From Paramecium tetraurelia (lineage: Eukaryota), in contig CT868407.1 in assembly GCA_000165425.1 (NCBI GenBank), positions 323,204 through 387,203 on the forward strand: a DNA stretch of 64,000 bases, in the 5' to 3' direction. Position 1 is the first letter of the stretch. Each line of letters opens with the position of its first letter. A program made the position numbers and the translations under genes. This document shows, one piece after another, positions 57,801 to 64,000 of this stretch. The notes under the pieces were generated by a model, which had not been told where the DNA came from, ran no database searches, and worked only from the letters and a program-made list of their open reading frames with translations.

Positions 57801-59163
57801 CAAAAGTAAAATCATGTCTAAATTGTAGTTTGTTATAGGGAATATTTTTGAATTCAATGGATAATATTTAGGTGCTCTTCGATATATAGAAAGATCTAAT
57901 CGTACATATACAAATTCAAAAGCTAATAATCTTATAATACAAATGCATTTCTAGGCTAAGAAATTAAATCTAATATAAAAAATAAAAGCTATCTTTATAA
58001 ACATCAGAAACAATTAAGAACAAAAAAAATCAAATGATTTGTCTATGTTCTAAACTCTAAATGAACATATGGCTTAGACATTCCTCACATAATTTTATAA
58101 GTAAAGATTTGTCTAGAAATCTTCTTTAATTTTGGAAAAATTTGGATCAAGTTTAATTAAAATGCAATACTTACAGAGACTTAAATTAAATGATGAAGCA
58201 CTTAAATTTATGAATAAGACAATCAAAATTTTGAATAAAACTAAAAAAGATGAGTTGTACGCAATTATATCTGGTTATGTAACTTATCTCAGTCCTCAAA
58301 ATTCGAAAAAACATTCATAATTAAAATTATTAATAAATTAAATAGAAATTAATGAAAGATATTTTATTTTCCCAATTAAAGAATACCATTTGATAAAATG
58401 CTTTATTTATCTAATGATTCTCTACACAAAGATGAATGAAACAAAATAGATTTAAGAAATCGATACCAAAATTCAATAAGTGATTGAAGACTTTTATGAA
58501 AATCTCTAATGGCAAACCATTTCAAATAACTATTGTAAACATGCTCCTAATAAATTTGAACTGCTCATTAAAAAAGGTAAAATCTCTTTGTTATACTAAA
58601 TCTCCTCTATTGTTGAATTGATTGAATACTACAACAATTTAAAGAAATAAATATTCGATATTATTTTTCATGGAAAATAGTTGATGGAACTATATAAAAC
58701 AATCAGAGCAGATTTTGAAATGTTTATTAATTAAATCAATTCTCAATTATTAAGCTAAAAATAAAATTGCTTGTTTGGATCTTGTTCTTAAATGAAAATA
58801 AAACATACACTACATTAAGATGAGCACAAGCAATTAAATAAAATATAAAATACTCTATATACTCAATCATATCATGAGGAAGGGTTCAATACTAATTAAA
58901 ATAAGGAGGATCAACTAAAGATTATCTTAGACATTAGAAGCTCTCAAGAAAATATGTTTTCTAAAAAAAACCTTACAACGCCAAAATTCAAATAAAGTAA
59001 TAAAGTTGAAGACTAAAAATCAAATCACAGTTAAGATAATGCTTCTAAAAAACAAAAATCAGCAAATAATTCCTATTTTATGAAATAAAATGACTTCAAA
59101 AAGTCAAATAAATTAAATCCTTTTGAAGGTACCTTGAAAAAAACTCAAAAATCATTTTAATGA
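54889..59163 (+). CDS. Large protein with N-acylation motif (MGVCCSK), pseudokinase domain and TPR-like repeats; spans the assembly gap
   Basis: Long open frame. LFYDKMDYSLKD, YRLNFTLSTIFY, FKLQTFG and KKDLFALCDLL follow kinase subdomain order. TPR-like LEFMLGISYLEVHDQDNSLKCL and LQFVIGNIFEFNGQYLGALRYI. TGA 59161-59163. Confidence 0.7.
57209..57358. other. Assembly gap of 150 N, probably of zero or negative true length
   Basis: The 17-mer gaaatacaaaaggagag occurs on both flanks (57181-57197 and 57359-57375). Confidence 0.9.
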
Positions 59164-59703
59164 GTTTGTAATCCAATAAATCAAAATAACTATAAAACAT
59201 AACAATTATTTAAAGTATTTTCTCATTATCTTCCTAAATTTTTCTTCAAATTAAACTAATTCTAATTTAAACACTATTGTTTATCCTTATCACTGTCCTC
59301 TGGTTGAAGCATAAGAAATAAAAAAAATAAACTTCCCTCTAAAAATTCATATAATTATCCTTTGAAAAAAACTGATAGAATTATCAAAAGCACCTATAAA
59401 TTAAATAAATTGAATTTTCATTTCATAATTTTTTGAATATATATATTATGTTTACATAATTGATATAATAGTTTAAAAATGCTAAATTAGAATATCTAGT
59501 ATTTACTATTATGGAATTCAGCAATTTATGTTACATAATTTCTAGTAATTTTTGTATATTTAATTTAAAACATTTGAATTTTTTCATACTTCTTCTACAA
59601 ATAATTCTAGAGAATACTTCTTATGAAACCTAAGTAATTTGATAGTATCAAATAAATGATATTTGTAAGGAGAAATTTATAATTTTGATTAATATAATAA
59701 AAA

Positions 59704-61922
59704 ATGGATGAATTCTCAATAGAGACTAGAATGAGACAAGTTGTTTATGAACTGTCATAACCGTTAATGATAAGATGTATCATTATAGATATTAATTTAG
59801 TATCTGATTGCCTAAGATAAATTGATGAATAGTAACTGAGCATTGATAATTTAAAGTAGTAAATTAGATAGTAAAATGAGAGTCAACAAAGTAATTAGCT
59901 TGACGCTGCTAAGAGATATACTGAAATTGATATTCTCTTGAAATCGTAGAGAATTTTAGAGTTAGAAATAATAAAAAATTAGCATCAAGCCCAATAATCA
60001 TCTGCTCAATTGAAATCAAAAATCGAATTTATGGAAAAAGAAGTCGAATAATAAAAGAGTCATTCTTAGTTTGTTATTAATTCATAATTAAAAACTTAAA
60101 ATGATTTCGAATAGCTAAAGAAGAAATAAACAGAGTATGCTGAAACATTTAGCAAAAAAATTGATGAATTTTTTAAAGATTATTTTACATTTTTTGTAGA
60201 TTGTAGAAATTAAGTGAGTTAAATCTCAAAAAGTTAGCAAATGCTATTGAAAGATGTTTAAAACTAGAGTGTGTAATTGGAACAATTAGGGATACATAAA
60301 GATCTATAAGAAAAGAAGTAATCTAGTTTAGATTTGAGAGTTGAATGGATTGTGAAAGAGATGAATCATTTAATTAATGAGGATTTTTTTAAATTTACTT
60401 TAGATAAAGTAAAATAATGGATGTATATTTAGAGGAAGAACAGTCAAGAGCTGAAGATAATCGACTTTTGAAGGGAACTATATAAAATCTATAGAGTTAA
60501 ATTGAGGTTAACAACGTATCCATAGATGAAAGAATAAAAGGGTTGGAGACGCTTGAATAATAAAATCGTTAGTAAGGGAACTCATTTTAATAATAATTGA
60601 ATAATTAGACTGAGAATTTTTAGAAGCACTTTAAGGAAATTTCTAAAGAATTGTAAGACTATAATAAAACATTAAATACGATTGATGAATTTAGGAAAAA
60701 GATTTAAGAAAAAATACCAACAATTGTAAACAGTCACTTAGCAGTGTTCTAAATCAATATTAATAGTTAAATGAATAAGCTTTCAGACCAGTTTAATAGT
60801 CTCAAAGCCACTATAGCCAAAGAAATGTCATAGGAGTTCAATTATAAATTGGATGATATACGTTCATAATTATTAACTGAATCCTTAAAATAATAGAGCA
60901 TTAAATTAGCAGCCTTTGAATCATAAATGTTGGAGTAGAAAAAAAAATAATAAAAGAAGGATGTTGAACTCTAGGTTATTATATCTGATAACTCATTAAG
61001 TTAATAGGAGCAGCTATAAAACTTTATAATAGAATAAATTGGTATCAAACTTACAAATTGGTCATAAATAGGATAAAAAGTAGGTAGAATAAATAGCATG
61101 GCTACTAAGGGAGGGTATAATTTAACTTAGCTTGGTTAAGTTGACAATTATGAATTTTTGGATGAGAATTTAGAAGATGTGAAGGCAAGTGTTAAATAGA
61201 TTTTGTTGGATATGAAAGATGAGATGGAGTAAAAATTAAAGGAATATGAGACTAGTATTACAACTGCTATGTAGAATTTTGATAAAAATCATTACCATGT
61301 ATTGAAATTGAAATCAGATATATTCAATGACACAGAGTATTTGAATAATCAAATAAAAATCCTATTCAGAGAGAAGGATGTAATAAATAGAAAGTTTTAA
61401 TTGCTTTTGTAATTGTTTTCGGGGAGCACTGAGGTTGCATAAATAACTGCAGCATATCTACTCAAATAATCGAAAGACCAGATCAAATTTACATCGACTA
61501 CAGGAACAGTTTTTGAATTGAGAAATGAGATATGCAACTATAGATAGATAAATTATTCTATAGAGGACCTCTTGAAAAAATCATTACAGAGTGTCATAGA
61601 TTGTTGGGATAAAAGTGAATTGTTAGAAACAAGAGAATATAATCCTCATTGGTATTTCAACAAATATATACATAAAAATCTAGTAGGTCAAAGTAAAACC
61701 TTAGACCAATCTTAAGAAAAAACAAATATATACACAACTTAAACATAGGCTGATTGTGAAGTATATGTAAATAGATCTGGGAGGTAAAGGAATCTGTCTT
61801 AAAGACACTCCATTTTGATGAGTTTGGATTCAACAAGACCGAAAAGAGTTGGTGCGAATTCAGTTATGAAATAATCAGAGCGTGATGATTCTAATGAGCG
61901 TTTGCCAAAGGTAAAAAAGTGA
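59704..61922 (+). CDS. Coiled-coil hypothetical protein
   Basis: MDEFSIETRMRQVVYELSQP start, 24-nt first intron, a second intron-like segment with a GG donor (60381-60403), TGA 61920-61922. Confidence 0.7.
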
Positions 61923-61974
61923 ACAAATTTATATAATATATGATACATTATATTAATAATGAATTAATAAATTT

Positions 61975-63933
61975 ATGGATTAAGAAAGAAGACGACGATG
62001 GGTTCAAACCTAATAACAAAAGCTGGAAGATATCAGATTACGGAAGTTGTCTCCAGTCTACTAGCTCAAAACTGAAAATATAAGATTAAGTAAAACCGAA
62101 AAGATTATATAATTGAAATAGCCAGAAATGTTAAGGCATTAACAAACTATGGCTATTGATGAATATATTTCAAAAGGGGATTGCAAACTAATCTTTTTAC
62201 AATAATAAAATGAAGACATTGGATTCAAAACATTTACAGAAATGATGAAGACCAATTCTAGTTGGTGGGGTAAAGTGGATCAATTAAATCCAAATGAATC
62301 TACACTTAAAAATAGATTGCAATTCAATCAGCTATAAGCTAATCAATTTACAAATAAATTAAATAGAAAATGGACAAGCACAGTAAAGGAAATTACTGGG
62401 TTGATTAATAAATAGTAGGAGTTATAACAACTCTAAAAAGTAAAGAAAATCAAATTGAAACCAAAACCTATTCCATAAGTAGAAGAGGATGAACAAAAAG
62501 AAGATGATAATAATAAATAATTGGATCCTTCCTCCACTTTTGTTAAAGTCTTCTGGTTCAACATCTAAATTAATGAATGGAAACCGCCTGTCAGAGAGGG
62601 ATGCTCAGTCACTTACATTCCCTCTCTAAATAAGGCATATATGTATGGAGGAATTGGTAATGATCTATTTAAGAATTTTATTGCATTGAATACTCAAACA
62701 TGGACATGGAAAGACATAGGAGTAGGCAAAGGAGAAGCACCAGTTGAAGGAAGATTTGGACACACTGCCACATTGTACAAGCAAAGTGTAATCATATATG
62801 GAGGTGAAAAAAAGTTTAACAATGTAATGAGGATTAGAGAATGCTATAGCGATGTTAGGATGTTCAATCCAGCAGAAAAATTGTGGACTCAAATTAAGAC
62901 ATTTGGTGATCTTATAGAAGGAAGGAGGAACCATATAGCATAATGTGTTGGAAAATACTTTATTATTTATGGAGGAATTAATTCTTTTGGCAAAGTCTTA
63001 AGTGATGTTTGCAGTTTGAATTTAGAAACTAATAAATGGTATTCAACTATAATTATACTCTAGGAATATGTTGTAAATAGAAAATTAATCTCTCGAAGGG
63101 GTTTCAGATGCAGCTTCTGCTTCCTTGTTCAATGGAGAAGTCAAAATGGAGAATCCTTACTTTAGCTATGAATGCAATAAGAAGAAAGGAAAGTATCCCA
63201 ATGTTACTTAAGAGGGAATATATGTATTTGGAGGCAGAATGCAGAATGGAGAGGCTACAAACGATTTGAGAGTCATTTAATTCGGATTTAAACCTATTAG
63301 AATCATTAAACTAAAAACTAAAGTACTTATCTGCCATCATTTTAGGGGTAAGTCCCAGTCGCTCGTTATTCTCATAGTCTCAATTACTACTATAATTTGA
63401 ATGCTCTAATTGTTTACGGAGGTAGAAATGATTCAAAAGAGGAGAACATCCTTAATGATTTATATGTTTTATAATTGATGTAGATGAATTGGGTGCTCGT
63501 TTAATAAATTGGAGGGTTTAAATATGGTAAATTCAGTCACTGTAGTATTTCAATAGACTCCAAAATCTTAATTTTTGGAGGCTACACTCAGAATGTTTAT
63601 GCTAATGCTGACATTCAATTAATCGAATTAGACCAACATAAAGTAACTAAGATGATTAAGGAAACCAAGGTTAACAATTAATTGACAATAAACAGCTTAG
63701 ACTTACTGACCAATGCCAATTTGAAGGTTTTTAAGACTGAATACTATTAAGATAATGTGGATATAGAATAGAATGAAACAAATAAACCTTTTGACACAAT
63801 GAAAATGAGTTCAATGAACCTTAAGACATTTATTCCTATACCAAATAAACCAAGTTCTTAATTGATGCAAGAGTATAAATTATTAAGATTAAACTCTAAA
63901 TTTTCCAAGACTAATATATTTTAAAGCATATGA
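61975..63933 (+). CDS. Kelch-repeat beta-propeller protein
   Basis: Six GG-containing blades (AYMYGG, RFGHTA...IIYGG, RRNHIA...IYGG, YVFGG, RYSHS...IVYGG, LIFGG); two introns; TGA 63931-63933. Confidence 0.9.
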
Positions 63934-64000
63934 AATGTATTTTATTTAAATAAAATTGCCTGTTATACTATACTTTAGATTATTTAATGTAATAAAATTA

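Overview
AT-rich, gene-dense eukaryotic DNA with the hallmarks of a Paramecium (probably aurelia-complex) macronuclear scaffold. TAA/TAG are read as Gln and TGA is the only stop, introns are mostly 20-30 nt (GTA...TAG), and intergenic gaps are often under 100 nt. The supplied ORF track uses the standard code and fragments or misses most genes, so I re-translated by hand with the ciliate code. About 30 protein genes can be modelled. Well supported: Sec61 alpha, UBA2, a GpsA/SFD1-type glycerol-3-phosphate dehydrogenase, kinesin-13, a formin, a FAN-like BEACH protein, three Ser/Thr kinases (CAMK-like, eIF2-alpha-kinase-like, ankyrin-AGC), a RINGv E3 ligase, and LRR-ankyrin, MORN, FYVE-like, PTB-like RRM and Kelch proteins. 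Less certain: exportin-7-like and Scc3/STAG-like genes. I saw no rRNA, tRNA, transposon, telomere repeat or CRISPR array, and no clear multi-gene novel system. The best leads are a hybrid histidine kinase with all phosphorelay residues replaced, an acylation-motif pseudokinase-TPR protein, a very divergent STAG-like gene, an eIF2-alpha kinase with a PH-like tail and a 77-nt first intron, head-to-head genes only 18-26 nt apart, and a cluster of +1 frameshifts that are probably sequencing errors. All homology calls are motif recognition by eye; no database searches were run.
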